Assembly: GCA_026025075.1 (NCBI GenBank)
Contig: JAPEUI010000073.1
Span: 1 to 64,000, forward strand
Reading direction: 5' to 3'
DNA: 64,000 nt
DNA from: Vezdaea acicularis
Lineage: Eukaryota
Of this stretch, positions 35,759-48,676 are shown piece by piece. Within the stretch, counting starts at the first letter, position 1. The number at the start of each line of letters is the position of its first letter. The notes under the pieces were generated by a model. That model saw nothing but the letters and a program-made list of their open reading frames with translations. It did no database searches and was not told where the DNA came from. Made by a program: the position numbers and the translations under genes.

Positions 35759-35840
35759 CTTTCAATCTCGGCGGCCGGTGAAGATGGCCTTTGCGTAATT
35801 CTTTTCTCTTACTGCACAATGGAGCTCTAATGCCACAAAC

Positions 35841-36818
35841 ATGATTCTTTCACAATTAAAGTTCGCACAATCGCCTTCAGAAACGACTAGCCGTTCACCA
35901 GAGTCTTTTGTCAACACTAATCAAGGCATCGTATCTTCAAAAGCCAAGCCTGGCGGGAAGGCGGTCTCACTGGCTCTCATTAACCATGCAACTCGCACCC
36001 GGCGGGGGTTTCTTATAGCTAGCTCCTTTTTCTTTCTGATATCCATTATCTTCTTGACACTGGTTTTGATTGGAAACACCTACATCAAGCCTGCTCTTAC
36101 ATCCATCTATTTCTTAAAGATGGACCTTTCCAACATAATACCCCACAGCGTCCCCAATGCGACTCTCATCAACTCAATCGCTAGGTCACTTGGACTGCAT
36201 GACTTCTATCAGGTGGGATTATGGGGATTTTGCGAGGGGTACAGCAAGAGTGGTGTCACGAATTGCAGCACGCCAAAACAGCTATACTGGTTTGATCCTG
36301 TTGATATCATATTGAGTGAGCTATTCTTCGGAGCAACAATTGCGCTACCAGCAAATGTGGTCAACATCTTAAAGATTGTGAAGAAGGCATCAAATTGGAT
36401 GTTTGCTCTCTTCTTCACAGGGACTGTTCTCACATTCGTCTCTCTCCTTGTCTCTTGGACATCAATCTACAGTCGATGGGCTGCGCTTACCAACGCAATC
36501 CTCTCATTTTTAGCGGCGCTTACCACAACGGCAGCCACAATTATCGCAACGGTCATGTTCATCATTTTCAGGAACGTTTTTGATGGTGAACCACAGATCA
36601 ACATCAAAGCTAGCCTCGGGAAGGAAATGTTTGCATTCATGTGGATTGCTGCTGGCTCTGCAATCCTAGGCTCCTCTTTTCAGATTGGAATGTGCTGCTG
36701 CTGCACAACAAGGCGGGATGTAACGACTGGTAGGAAGAAGGCGAAAAGGCCTGAGGCGGCTGGAGGAACGATAGAGGAGAAGGCTGGAATGAGGAGAAGG
36801 ATGTTCTTCCGCCGTTGA
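35841..36818 (+). CDS. SUR7/PalI family membrane protein
   Basis: SLGLHDFYQVGLWGFCEG claudin-like motif, four TM segments, CCCC cluster; true start uncertain (upstream ATG at 35784). Confidence 0.85.
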   Translation: MILSQLKFAQSPSETTSRSPESFVNTNQGIVSSKAKPGGKAVSLALINHATRTRRGFLIASSFFFLISIIFLTLVLIGNTYIKPALTSIYFLKMDLSNIIPHSVPNATLINSIARSLGLHDFYQVGLWGFCEGYSKSGVTNCSTPKQLYWFDPVDIILSELFFGATIALPANVVNILKIVKKASNWMFALFFTGTVLTFVSLLVSWTSIYSRWAALTNAILSFLAALTTTAATIIATVMFIIFRNVFDGEPQINIKASLGKEMFAFMWIAAGSAILGSSFQIGMCCCCTTRRDVTTGRKKAKRPEAAGGTIEEKAGMRRRMFFRR

Positions 36819-37043
36819 TTGTGTACTGTATATGTACATGGACTAGAGCCCATAATTACGTAGGCCTTGTTACAGCGCCTCAGAGATCCTGCAGTAATAG
36901 CGCAGGTTATGACATGATAAATAGTAAATTTCTAACTTATACAAATTGTTTGTGACCACGTGATGCCCCGCATTTCTCCAACGGTTCCGTTGCTGGTGAA
37001 CCTTCCATGATCTAAGGGCGTCCACTGGCATCTGCCCCACACG

Positions 37044-38220
37044 ATGAGCGTAATTCTCTGTACTGGTGAGTAGCTTAAATAAACGTGTGTGCTTGCTTGC
37101 GAACTCTGCTTATGTTTTGCCAATAGCTGGTTACGATCATACAATACGATTCTGGGAAGCACTCTCGGGAATATGCTCCCGTACCATCCAGCATCCAGAT
37201 TCCCAGGTCAACCGCCTTTGCATCTCACCAGATAAGAGATGGCTTGCTGCTGCCGGGAAAACATCTGTAAAGCTATACGATATTAAATCTACAAATCCGA
37301 ATGCCGTCCTTACTTTTGACGGTCACACCAACAACATTACTGGCGTCGCTTTCCACTGTGAAGGCAAATGGATGGTCACTAGCTCCGAAGACTGCACAGT
37401 TAAGATATGGGACACCCGGACAGGCACAATCCAACGAAATTACACTCATGACAAGCCTGTTAACGACGTGGTCATCCACCCAAATCAAGGAGAGCTTATT
37501 AGCTGTGATCGTGGCGGCAACATCAAAGTTTGGGACCTTGGCGAGAATAAATGCACCCACCAGCTGATCCCTGAGGATGATGTGTCTGTTGCTAGCGTGA
37601 CAGTGGGCTCAGATGGCCTGATCCTCTGCGCCGGTAATAACACAGTAAGCTTTCCTGAACCTGAATCAATAGGGCTTTCTAACGTACCGAAGGGTAACGT
37701 CTACGTCTGGCGCATTATCACGGACAACGATATTACATCCCTCGTACCTATCACAAAGTTTCAAGCCCATCATCAATACATATGCCGAGTTCTTCTTTCC
37801 CCTGATGTTCACCACCTGGCGACCTGCTCAGCCGACCATACTGCCCGAATCTGGTCCGTTGAGCTGGGAAAAGAAGGCGAAGAGGTTGAAGAGACGCAGC
37901 CACGACAAATCACTCAGCCTGGGCAACCTCCTATCCCCCCAACATCGCCAGGTGCTTTCCCGTTAGAAACCACACTGCACGGACATCAGCGTTGGGTATG
38001 GGATTGTGCTTTCAGCGCTGACTCTGCCTATCTTGTAACCGCCTGCTCTGACCATTATGCACGATTGTGGGAGCTACAGAGCCAGCAGGTTATACGACAG
38101 TACAATGGGCATCATCGCGGCACTGTGTGCGTTGCCTTGAATGATTACTCTGAGCGTCAGTTGGTACCGAAATCCCAATCTTACAGGGCACCTTAGCTTA
38201 TGAATTCACAAGATATATAG
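37044..38220 (+). CDS. LST8: TOR complex WD40 subunit Lst8
   Basis: MSVILCT|AGYDHTIRFWEALSGICSRTIQHPDSQVNRL, GHQRWVWDCAFSADSAYLVT; introns 37066-37126, 37645-37692 and probably 38156-38212 (otherwise stop at 38196). Confidence 0.95.
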
Positions 38221-39405
38221 AAAAGAAGAAAGCGGCTGTGACTTGGCAAGAGGAACTCTTGGAAAGGCGCCCCTAGATATATTATGCGGGAAAAAGGGAC
38301 GGGAGGTTTAATGCCATTGTCGATACCCGGAAGTTTACCTCTCTCATTGGGGCGTTAGGGGCTAATCAAGCTTGTGGGAAGCAAATTCTTCAGCGCTGTA
38401 GGATACAGAAGCCTACGTAGACCTAATGAGTCATATTCTAGCATCTGCTCCAGATATGTGGATATTGTAGGCGAGTGAATGAACAGCTATCAGGTCTGGG
38501 CCTACGTTCTCAAAGGCTACATCCATAGCCTCCATACTCTCTCGCACAGCTGACTGCTTTTCCAAATCCAAAACAGGTACTAATCCAGCTATGACCAGCA
38601 CAGGATCTGCACAAATCAGCTCCTTACAACCTAAAACGAAGGCTGAGGTTTAAAGCACCATATCACGTTGGATACGAGCAAGCTATCAGGCCTCAGTTCC
38701 AATTCCAACTTATTCAGTGGAAAGTAAAAAAAGGTGGTTGGCTATGGAAGCACAATGCCATGATTCTGTAAGGCTGGCGGCGTTCAAAATCGCAACGGAA
38801 AGTCGCATGATGTTTATTCAAGATTCCTTCGTTGACCTTCACCTTGCCACTACGATTCCAACTTGGCCGAATTCGAGAATGGGTTTACGCAGGTTATCCA
38901 TGAGTGAAACGGGTTTGGTGGATGAAAAGGAGATCAAATACGCTCAGGGGTAGGCCAAAGTTGATGTTTACTAACATTTGTCGATCAAGACGAGAAAACT
39001 CACGATCACGTTGATACACGTGATTCTTCCGTTTTCCTGTTCTAAACTGCACTTGAGTAACACCATTGTTCCCCATGTATATAGCTGTGATAACTCAGCC
39101 AGGCGTGAGGGTGAAAAGGGGGTCCCAAAGTATCAAGGGTTAGGGGTATGATGTTGATACCAAACACCGACCACGACGCAAAAGCGGAACATCACGTGGA
39201 GATGATGAGAAGTACGTGGTGAATGAGATTTCCTATAACACTTTCACCACGACAGAATCTTGTGTGGGAACGGCGCGCGAAGACACGATACAGCCGAATA
39301 TAGACGGCATTAGGAACTATCATCATAAGATTCGACACGCTCTACCAAAATGCTCTAAGCCGCTTTAAATAAGCCTCCGAACGCCTACAATGCATTCATA
39401 CTCCC

Positions 39406-42174
39406 TTAATTCCAAGCACTCCCCCAATCGTCCTCTCCTTCCGCTTCGTCCTTCGGCTTGAGATCCAATTTCTTCTCTACAGCCTTCGTCGATTCCTTCT
39501 TTACTCCCACCACCTTGTTCAAACTCCCTGTGGTACTGCTCCTCACCTGGGCCGGCCTCCCACTCGCCGCCACCGACGCCTTCGTCAGCCCTTTCGGTAA
39601 GGGTTTTTTTTCCCTACTCTTCGCCTGCGCACCGAGCCAGCCTGCAAAGTCGGGCTCGCCCCCGTCATCAAACGCTATGGGTGGGCTAGCGGGCTTGGTT
39701 GGTGCGTCGAAGAAGGAGTCATCTTCCATGTCGCCCCATGCTTCGGTTTCAATGTCGTCATTCGGTGTGTCGTCCCATGAAGCGCTCGTGCCGTTGGTGA
39801 TTGAGCTTGTCTTAGGTTGGGAAGGGCCGGTAGAGGTGCTGGGCGGTGAAAGAGCTTGCCGCCGAAGATCTGAGGAAGTTGTTGGTGCAGATGGATTACG
39901 TTGGGTCGGAGGCGCGGAGGTGGAACGGTGGTCAGAAGCTATGTTGGGTTTGGAGGATGGTATGTTCTGGATGTCGCCAGTTGCAGAGGTGAGTTTGTTC
40001 GTAAAGGAGGAGATGGCCCATCCGGCCCATGAGTTCTCCGTTTGTGGCGTCGACATACGAGGGGCTTGGCCGGTCATGGCGTTTATAGCATCGGAAGGTG
40101 GGAGAGCTGAGTCGGCAAGGGTAGCAGCGTACTTTCGGACGCGAGTGAGGTAAATATCGAGGGCTTTATTAGCTTGTTCACGGACGAGTCTTCGAATAGT
40201 CAGCATCAGGAATGATATCAATTTGCAATAACCTTACTTTTCCTTGTCGACTAGGGATGGAACTATGACTGGTAGGATCTTGTTCGCGCAATCATCTTCG
40301 GTAAAGACATCAGCAGTTGCTGCAAGCGCCAATAGAGCAGCGTTTCTGGCGTGAACAAAAGGATCACGTAGTGATCTGGAAAAAGCTGCGACAAGGACTT
40401 TTGGTCTGGTCTGGGATTTCATATTAGCACAAAGCAAGTAGCGTAAAATGAGGTCATCTCACGCTGGCCCCTATGTTCCTTGCGATCTTTCCAAGGCATA
40501 TAGTTGTGTTAGTCCGAATACCTGGCTGCTCATCGTTCGAGGTCTTCGCCAGGTACCTCAGAAGGTCCCCATTAACAGTCCGATCAGATAGCTTTACTAT
40601 GATTGTCAAGACAGCCTTGACGGTCTGCTCGCGGACTATAGGAGCAAGGTCCGTAAAGCCAGTTACCTAATAGACATTAGCGCACGGCAAAGTAGGGGTT
40701 AGACTGTAGCTCTCTTACCATTTGAGGGAAAATCTTATCATTCACAACCTTCTGGGAAAGATGGTCAATCATCAAGGGCAAATTTTCGAGCAGACACACT
40801 CGCATTGCTCTATCTGGTAGTGAAAAGAGGCGCACAATGACAGGGGTTATCCTAGCATCGTATTCTTCTTCCGTGATTTTGCTTCCAATCTTTAATACGA
40901 CTCCAAGCACTCGGGGTCCACCACCGCCAAATTCGAGCGATTTGAGAAGCTCTGGTAATATCTTCATCTTGAAGAAATCCTCGGGGAAATCATCGGTGAC
41001 TTCATCGAGTTCACTAGACTAAGTCAGTAGCGTCGTATCACTACCTGAATTCTAATCATACCTTAGGAACTCCTCGCGCTCACCCTCGCTCTTTACCCCT
41101 AGGCTTTCGATTCCCTCGGTGATCTTGACCAGAGGTATGTCCAAAAAGCCTCCATTTCGCTTTCCTTGCTCGAGGAAGTGACCGACGCTCAATCTGTGCC
41201 GGGGCTCGGTATTCGTCATACGCTTTAAGGAAAGATGCATGCTAGGTGGGACTGCCTTTGGTTGACTCAGCTGATCCTTGCCCATAAAGCTCCCATTGAA
41301 GATCTCATAGATCATTATACCAAAATCCCAAGCATCAGGGGCTGTCAAGGGGCTTTTCTTGACAGCCGACCATCCCGTTGCAGCCGTCTCAGGGGGCGCA
41401 TATCGATTTGAATCAGGGATAAGCCCACCGTGATTCTAGACTAGTAATCAGTGAAGCCCCTAGACGCACCAAGTAGAAGCAGTGGAAACCTACATATATC
41501 ATAGCGTCTTCATCTCTCATGGAGCTCAGAATCTCAAACCCGCCAACCTTCCACTCTCCACTTTCGGCTGTGTATATCGACGAAACTCGAACGTTGCCAT
41601 GTACCGATGACGCTTCATCATTGATGAAGCTTACGGTTTTCTAGCATGCCTTAGCGTAAGCTTAGGGCTATGATGAGTAGGATCGGGCATACCGCAACAC
41701 TGTAGAGGCCCCATTTTATTGTCTCTGGGCTTAAGCTCTTCCGCCGCACGTGCCACCCTAGTGGTACAAGGCGTTCTGTTGCAACATATATGTATGTTTC
41801 TGTCTACGTATGTCAAATGTCAGAGCGTGAAACCCAGTATGATCTAAACTTCATACCTCTACCGTATCAAAGACCTTTACAATGCCAGGATGGCGCAACG
41901 TCCTCAACTTCTTGACCGCATTCCGCGCGAGGGGCAATGTGGACCTATTTACTATGGTGTCGAAGGAAAAGATGCTACAGTTAGATCCATCCTCCTAGAA
42001 GTCGCCCACAATCAGCTAGTCCCATGCGCATCGCCTGATAAGCTGGCGTACTCGCTTTGTGCCGTTGTATAAAGTCCAGATTGATTGATCCACGTCTACC
42101 CTATCACCGAACGTATACGGAAAGGGCGGGCCTTTTGATATCGCAGAGGCGACGGCCGACTTCAGGAAGTCCAT
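39406..42174 (-). CDS. CEX1: SCY1-like pseudokinase with HEAT repeats (Cex1/SCYL1)
   Basis: Nine exons; MDFLKSAVAS, LRTLRHPG, VHGNVR, GEWKVGGFE, DEQPGIRTNTTICLGKI, SLRDPFVHAR. Confidence 0.9.
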
Positions 42175-42455
42175 TGCTTGAAGGTTGAACAACAGCCACT
42201 ATTGAGTCTAGTTGCATCTTAGACGCGCCCCACCACTGCTGTTCCTGCGCAAGCTGGATTTATTTCGCGGGAGAGCCTGATTTGGTCTAGCGCCAAATTA
42301 TCGCCGGACCCTAGTCGAAGCTCTTGAAGGTCATATCAACATAAAATCGGCTACAATGACTTATTTCTTGAGAAAAGTTTCTGCGGATGTGGAGAGGCAA
42401 TCCGCATCATGACTACCTCACATGCAGGCAAGATCTCTCAACGTCAATTAGCATT

Positions 42456-43246
42456 ATGGGTCCGTTTTTAAGCTTCATCGGTCTGATGCTTTTCGTTCTA
42501 TTTGTAGGTTCACTTCCTTCGGTACGTGCTATGCCAGGGCCATTGACTTCCAACAGCTTCGTCTTCTCTACATCACTCCAGCGATAAACCCCAGTCCGCC
42601 TTACAGGCGAAAGCGTGGTGATCGATGCTGGCTTATGGTTGTGCTAGGCTCTGGAGGGCATACAGCGGAAATGCTAGCATTGCTACGAAGATTGGATACT
42701 TCGATATACGCCAACCGTACCTACATAGTTAGTGAAGGTGATGCTTTTAGCGCGGATAAAGCAAGAGAATTTGAAGCAGCAATGGTGAGCCAAACAAAAC
42801 AAAATGCAGATGCAACGTCATATAACATTATCACCGTCCCACGAGCGCGGAAGATTCACCAGCCATTATACACAACCCCCTTTACGGCTCTCCGCTGCCT
42901 TCTGCAATGTATTGGCGCTCTAAATCTACGCCAATCTATGGTGGCTCAAAACTTTCCGGACAAAGCAGTATCAGGCTTGTCGAGATATCCCGATCTTATC
43001 CTCGTTAATGGGCCCGGTACGGCTGTCTGCCTCGTGTTCGCATGGCTACTTCTTCATTTTTTCGACATTAGCTACAATAGCGACAAACCCAAAGCACGTA
43101 CAATCTATGTAGAGAGCTGGGCACGGGTGCGAACACTCAGTCTCAGTGGCAAGATACTACTCCCATTTGTGAACCGCTTTTTGGTCCAGTGGAAAGCGCT
43201 TGAAGGAGTTGGCGGCAGAGCTGAATACATAGGAGTCTTAGTATGA
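42456..43246 (+). CDS. ALG14: UDP-GlcNAc transferase subunit Alg14
   Basis: TM first exon, then VVLGSGGHTAEML, VPRARKIHQ, PDLILVNGPGT, IYVESWARVRTLSLSGKIL. Confidence 0.93.
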
Positions 43247-43517
43247 GCATCAAAGTGTGATTTCACGCTCCTGGATCACATTTCGAAGCCTGATTGTCCC
43301 ATGCTGGACGTCAGCAGTCCAATTCATGGTCACCCAACAACCACGACATAGTTTGAGATATGTGATCTGCTCCAATAGGCCATCAATAAATGTGCTGTCA
43401 CAGGAGCAGCAGCATATGAGCTATCCTAATCCCCATGGCCCAAAGAGTCTAATTCAACCAGCTATACATCCCTCTGGCCATCTAGATCTATGCATAGAAA
43501 GCGCCCCATCAGCCAAT

Positions 43518-43889
43518 CTACAGAGCATCGAGCTTCTTCACCTCATCCTGAACCCACTGAGGCTCTTCCTTCCCCTGCGGCCAGCCCTCCGGGAACTTCT
43601 CCATGATCTTCTTGGTCAGGAGATCATACTGCCAATCCTTCCAATCCGCGTATTCCCTGGCATACTGTCCAAGCTCCCTCTCAGAAAGCTTTGTGCCGAA
43701 CTTGTGATTGAACTCGCCTGCGATCCATTTGCTCAGGCCCGGGTGTACGATATCGAGATCTCCATAGTTCGATTTTGAGGACGCTTTGATGCTCTGCGTG
43801 TTCGCTGTTTGGACTTCTTCGAGCCATTTCATTTGCTCTGTCGTGATAGGGGGCTTGTAGGAGGTTGGCTTGTAGATTGGGGGAGACAT
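43518..43889 (-). CDS. Small uncharacterised protein (123 aa)
   Basis: MSPPIYKP...VKKLDAL with coding-like codon use, pyrimidine-rich leader and TATA-like run near 44044-44051; no family recognised. Confidence 0.65.
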   Translation of the reverse strand: MSPPIYKPTSYKPPITTEQMKWLEEVQTANTQSIKASSKSNYGDLDIVHPGLSKWIAGEFNHKFGTKLSERELGQYAREYADWKDWQYDLLTKKIMEKFPEGWPQGKEEPQWVQDEVKKLDAL

Positions 43890-44360
43890 GTTTCTTGAAG
43901 TGATGGTTTTTGGTGCAGGAGCTGGGGCAGTTATATAAGATTGTGGATGAGGAAGAGTGCAGCGATTTTGGGCACGGAAGTAGATGTGGAGCTGTGTGTG
44001 TAGTGGAGAAGGAAGAAGATGCCGCGGTGGAGGAGGGAAGGGGTATATATAGCAGATCGTGGGGGCCTTCACTGGCAGTGCTCACAGAAGGATGTTCAAG
44101 CATTCACGGCCAAATTTACCAGCAAGGTAGAGAAGATACATGATTACACGCGCCCAATGCTATTCACTCGTTACCCATGCCATTATGCAATCATGCAGCG
44201 TCTATAGGATACTCTCGATGCAGGGGGCAATCAAACCAAGCCCCCAAATGCGCTACATAAACGCCTCATCCGTCTCATAGCTTCCAAACTCCAGGGCAAG
44301 TCCTACTCAGCCTCATACCAGACATTGCCCGTTACAAGGAGACTTCTAATGCTGCATATC

Positions 44361-46005
44361 TCATACACTTCCAGGACCATCTGGCTCACTTTCAGCCCCA
44401 CCGCCTTCATCATCTTCGTGATCTCTCCGCTTCCACCACTTCATCTTCCACCACTCAATGCCGCGCCCGCCTTGACTGAGGCTGCTTCTCCTGCCCTCAC
44501 TTGCCTTTCTTTTTCCCTTATTCCGTATACCAAAGGCGAAAGTACTCGCCCGTCCTAAAGCCCCATAGCCCGGACTTGGGCTATTGCCTTTTCTTGCTGG
44601 ATTTCTGGAGAATGTCATAGTGCTCGCCCTCCTCTTCCTCTTGCCTTGCGGGGTGAGCGGACTCCAGCCCCGCTTCGTACTTGGAGAGTCTTCGTCTGCG
44701 AGTTCGCCCCAGATCTCTGCCGCTTCGGTGATACCTCGCCGCCGCCCTTTGGTTGCAGCAAGGATATTTTCTGCGCGTGTGGTGGGAGTGAGGGGCTCTT
44801 GTGGCCCAAGTAGCGGGCGCCGCTCCCCTTCCGCCGCGGCGGCTTCGGCATCGAGGATGTAATCCGAATCGATACTGGAGGTAGGTGAGGGGTCATCGAC
44901 GAGGCCCATACCTGGCATAAGAGCAGACTGGGTGACTTGAGGCTGAGTTTTCGAATTATCAAGTTCGAAAGGTGCGTGGAGGCGCCATGAAAGGGCGAGA
45001 ACGCCGCCAAGGAGGATGACGGTGCCGAGGGCAATGAGGGAAGCGTGGAGTGATGTTAGTAACGAGATCTGATGGAAGTATATAAGGCCGTCTAAGATGG
45101 CGATGATGTTGTATATGCAGAAGACAAGGGGGTACAGCACGCTTGTTGAGCACAGCTTCAACCCGCGATGGAGGTAGTAGAGTTGTGTGAGAGCGAGGAA
45201 GATGAGCAGGAGCAGAATCATCCAGCTTTGCCAGCGATTGAACTGATTCACACGATCGACGATGGTGCGAACGAGGAGTTCGACAGCTGTCTTAGCGACG
45301 AGAAGGGAGTGTGCGGATAGGATGCCACTGATGCAGCCGTAGGCCGTTCCACGCAGCAAGCGGAGTCGTGGCGACTGAACAGCATGAGGATTAAGATATT
45401 TAAGGGATTTCGCAAGACCGATTATGATGAGTACAAGGATAGCTTGCGCAATCATCCATAGGATGAAAGCCTGGCGGCCGAGCAAGTCCAGTAGCTGGTC
45501 AAGATTATGAGCGGGTTCCGGAATGGCCCCGAAGAGTGCAATCAGTACTGCGCCAGCGCAGACGAGTATCGTGCCTCCGAGCGACCATCTTGTAAAAGGT
45601 TCGCCAAGTACAAGAGTTGCACAGATGGAGTTGAAGACCAGCCCAGAGGCTTGTAGGGTCGAGAGAACAGGAAGCGGCAGCGTCGTAATTTGAATACTAC
45701 TCCCGGCGAGGTTGGCGACAACGAACATGAGCATTCCCATTTGCCATCTTCTCCGCCGGTAAGGAGGACGTCGAGCTATAGTCGAGGCCTTCTCATCTTC
45801 AAGAATGTGTGACTTTCGTTGAAGGGTGAGGCCGACGCTTTGAACGCTTGTGGATATCAGCCCAACAACGATACCAACCTAGTCGTAGAAAATGATGTCA
45901 GCCGTGCTTCTCAGCTAGGTTTTCCAGAAGAAATATCAGAAGGCTTTTCGGCGTCTAACTTACGGCTACACTGCCCTCCGGTGATAAACCTCCAAGTTGA
46001 CCCAT
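44361..46005 (-). CDS. NIPA/DUF803 magnesium-transporter family membrane protein
   Basis: GLTLQRKSH, ITTLPLPVLSTLQASGLVFN, multiple TM helices; one 5' intron. Confidence 0.85.
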
Positions 46006-46565
46006 TGAAGTGACCGTCAAAACGAAAGACTCGAGCAATGCGCCCACACGGATTCCGGCCTATGTTTCTCTAGTGGTCGGATAAAAGATCACTATCCACA
46101 TTCCTCCGGCATTACCGTATCCTCATACTGTCGATGTCGCTGGGATTGAAAAACTTGTGTTGGGCCAGGAAGGGCAGGGCTGGCCACTTGTTGTTAGAGA
46201 TCGCTTGATGCAGTTGTGCTCGATTTGGCACCCTGGTGCGGGTCTATTTCGAGTTTTCCGAATGCGGCAGCATGCGAAAGGCTGAGCATAAAGTTTTACG
46301 GTTTTTTCAGGTCAAGGACTGAGGTGTTACACTTAAATTGTCCAGGGTGTGTCCAGGACTTAGATCTTGCGGTCAATTGCCATGATCGATCAGATGACAG
46401 TATGGTCTGACTATGGCCAGTTAGACCGCGCTAAGCTTTCCAGCGATGATTGGCGCAAATAGCCTTGAGCCGGATTTGGACTCTCCAGGTACACCCTGAT
46501 GTGTATGGTAAGAGCCTCACAAGATCGCAATGAGAATTTACCAGCAAACAAAAAATAATGTAGTT

Positions 46566-48082
46566 TTATGCCTTCGAGTACCCTGCATCTTTAAGGCATG
46601 TTTCCAGCGCCTCTAGCGCCTTATTTACATCGGATCGCTCTGGGTCTACACTAACGCCCATGTGGCCAATCCGAATGTATTTCCCCGCAATCTCCCTATG
46701 TAAGCCACCGGCAAAGATGACCCCTTTGCTCAATAAGTTTGGTAGGATTTCAGGTCCCTTGATGCCTTCAGGGAGATAAATCGCCGTCATTCCGTTGGCT
46801 TGATCTGCAGGTTCAGCCGCAAGCTGTTTCAACCCCATTGAGGTAACCTTTTCCTTCACTCTCAGCGATGCTTTGCGGTGTGCAGCAAACCGTTCCGACA
46901 AAGGCTTCGACAAAATTTGCTCCAGAGAGGTATGTAATGCGTGAATAAGCTGTGGCGATGGAGTTGCGAAATAGGAGGGTTTCTTAGCCTCGTAGTTTTG
47001 CATGATAGGGAGCCAATTCTTGAAAGATGCAAAATATGAAGCCGGTGGAGTCCTACGACTCTTAAATCTTTCGATTGCCCTTCCGCTCGTCATGATTATG
47101 GAAAGACCCGCTGGGCAGCTGATCCCTTTTTGTGACGCGGTAAGAACTACATCGAGGCCCCAGTCGTCGAAGCAGATCTCTTCGCTACCAACACTACATA
47201 CGCCATCGATAACAACTAACGTATCTGGAGATACTTCATGAACAAGCTTCGAGACTTCTTTAATCTCGCTGAGTACACCTGTCGAAGTGTCCACGTGAGT
47301 GACGGTAATAATCTTATACGATTTCTCCTTTAAAGCTTTTTCTATTTCGGCATGTTGCGGCCTAGATCCAATAGGAGCTTTCAATTGTGTAGCATTGACG
47401 CCATATGTCTCAAAGCAATCAGCGAAAGAGTCGGCAAAGTAGCCTGTATGGAGAACAAGGACGTCGTCCCCTCGTTCGACGAGGTTTGCCGCAACCAGGT
47501 CCCAGCCCAGCGTTCCAGAGCCGGATATCACGAAAGGCTGAGAGGCTGGGTTTATTGTTTGAAACAGCTTGCGAAGCATGCTAAGGACATCTCCGAAAGT
47601 TGAAACAAACGGTGCTCCAACGTGCGACTCGCTGTTGGCAAACCTTTAGTATAGAACCTTTAGAACGGTGATTGATGTGTATTCTACCTGTAGTGGCTCA
47701 TGGAATGAAGTACAGCATCATCAAATTCAATTGGCCCCGGTATAAGCAAGGTGGGATGTGGTGGCTGACTCGACATCTTTGTGGCTCCCTGTCTTGCGCC
47801 TGTGCTCAGTCTCCTCTTCTGGGATTGCGTGGGATGAGAGACGACCGGTCCCTCCGTTTGAGTAAGTCTTTTGGTAACGACTTGAACTTTAAGGTCACTT
47901 GCAGGATTATGATGCAGGTGTCTTGAAATAAGATTAAGACGAGCTGCTGTGCGTGTAGGCGCCACGATTGGAGTCCTTACCGGATGGTGGGGGTAGAATG
48001 TGGGGTTCAGGGACGAGACGATGCCGAGAAGCGGCCACTGACGTGATGGATGAGCGATCGGAAATAGGTACTTTTTGGACAT
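46566..48082 (-). CDS. AGX1: Alanine-glyoxylate aminotransferase (class V PLP)
   Basis: LLIPGPIE, THVDTSTGV, VIDGVCS, PLP lysine in TASQKG, IRIGHMG; one intron; in-frame ATGs at 48082 and 47776. Confidence 0.92.
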
Positions 48083-48676
48083 GTGCGTGGAGGTATCTTT
48101 GAGTCTTACGAGGAATATCTGGATCAGAAGAACGACAACTCAAATCTAGATGGGAGACTTAAGATAGTGTGCTTGTCGTCCGTTCGGGGGAAAAATGATC
48201 ATGGTCAAAGGCAGAGTTAGTCAGCCGTTATATTTCTGTAGGCTCCTGCTGTGGATCTCCTCCAATAGTCGGGACACAAAAAATCACTACATATCAACTG
48301 CTCCAACGAATTGCATGCCAACATTATGATCCTGAATTATTATGACTGCGCACAGACATCATCCCCTTCGTCATTGATGGTGGCTTTAGTAGGAACACTT
48401 TCCTTGCTGTACGGCCGCAAAAGAGACAAGAAATCTTTCGCTCTACATATCCCTTCATGCTATGCGCTGAGACGAAGGAGATGCATGCAACTTTCTACAA
48501 GTGCCCGAGATCTAGAGGTATAGGTGTAGCATGAGAGATCCGGCTCTGGATCACAGCTCATATAGATCCCACGTATCAAACTCGGGAGCTAGCTCGGGAA
48601 GAGCGTTCTTGGCATCTCTAGCGTTTGCTTCATTATACCTGTACGGAGCATACTCATTTCGAAGCTCTTCATCCAG

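Noticed and set aside
39137..39148. AGGGTTAGGG telomere-like stretch as a telomerase RNA template
   Set aside because: Only about 1.7 repeats, roughly 1 kb of space between convergent genes, and no pseudoknot or CR4/5 elements recognised.
39215..39251. 9-bp hairpin CGTGGTGAA/TTCACCACG downstream of CEX1
   Set aside because: Real, but short enough to be near chance expectation in 64 kb, with no other support.
39458..40153. Long antisense ORFs (also 58736-59383, 27386-28060, 9261-9764)
   Set aside because: Shadows of real genes with biased codon use; no independent coding signal.
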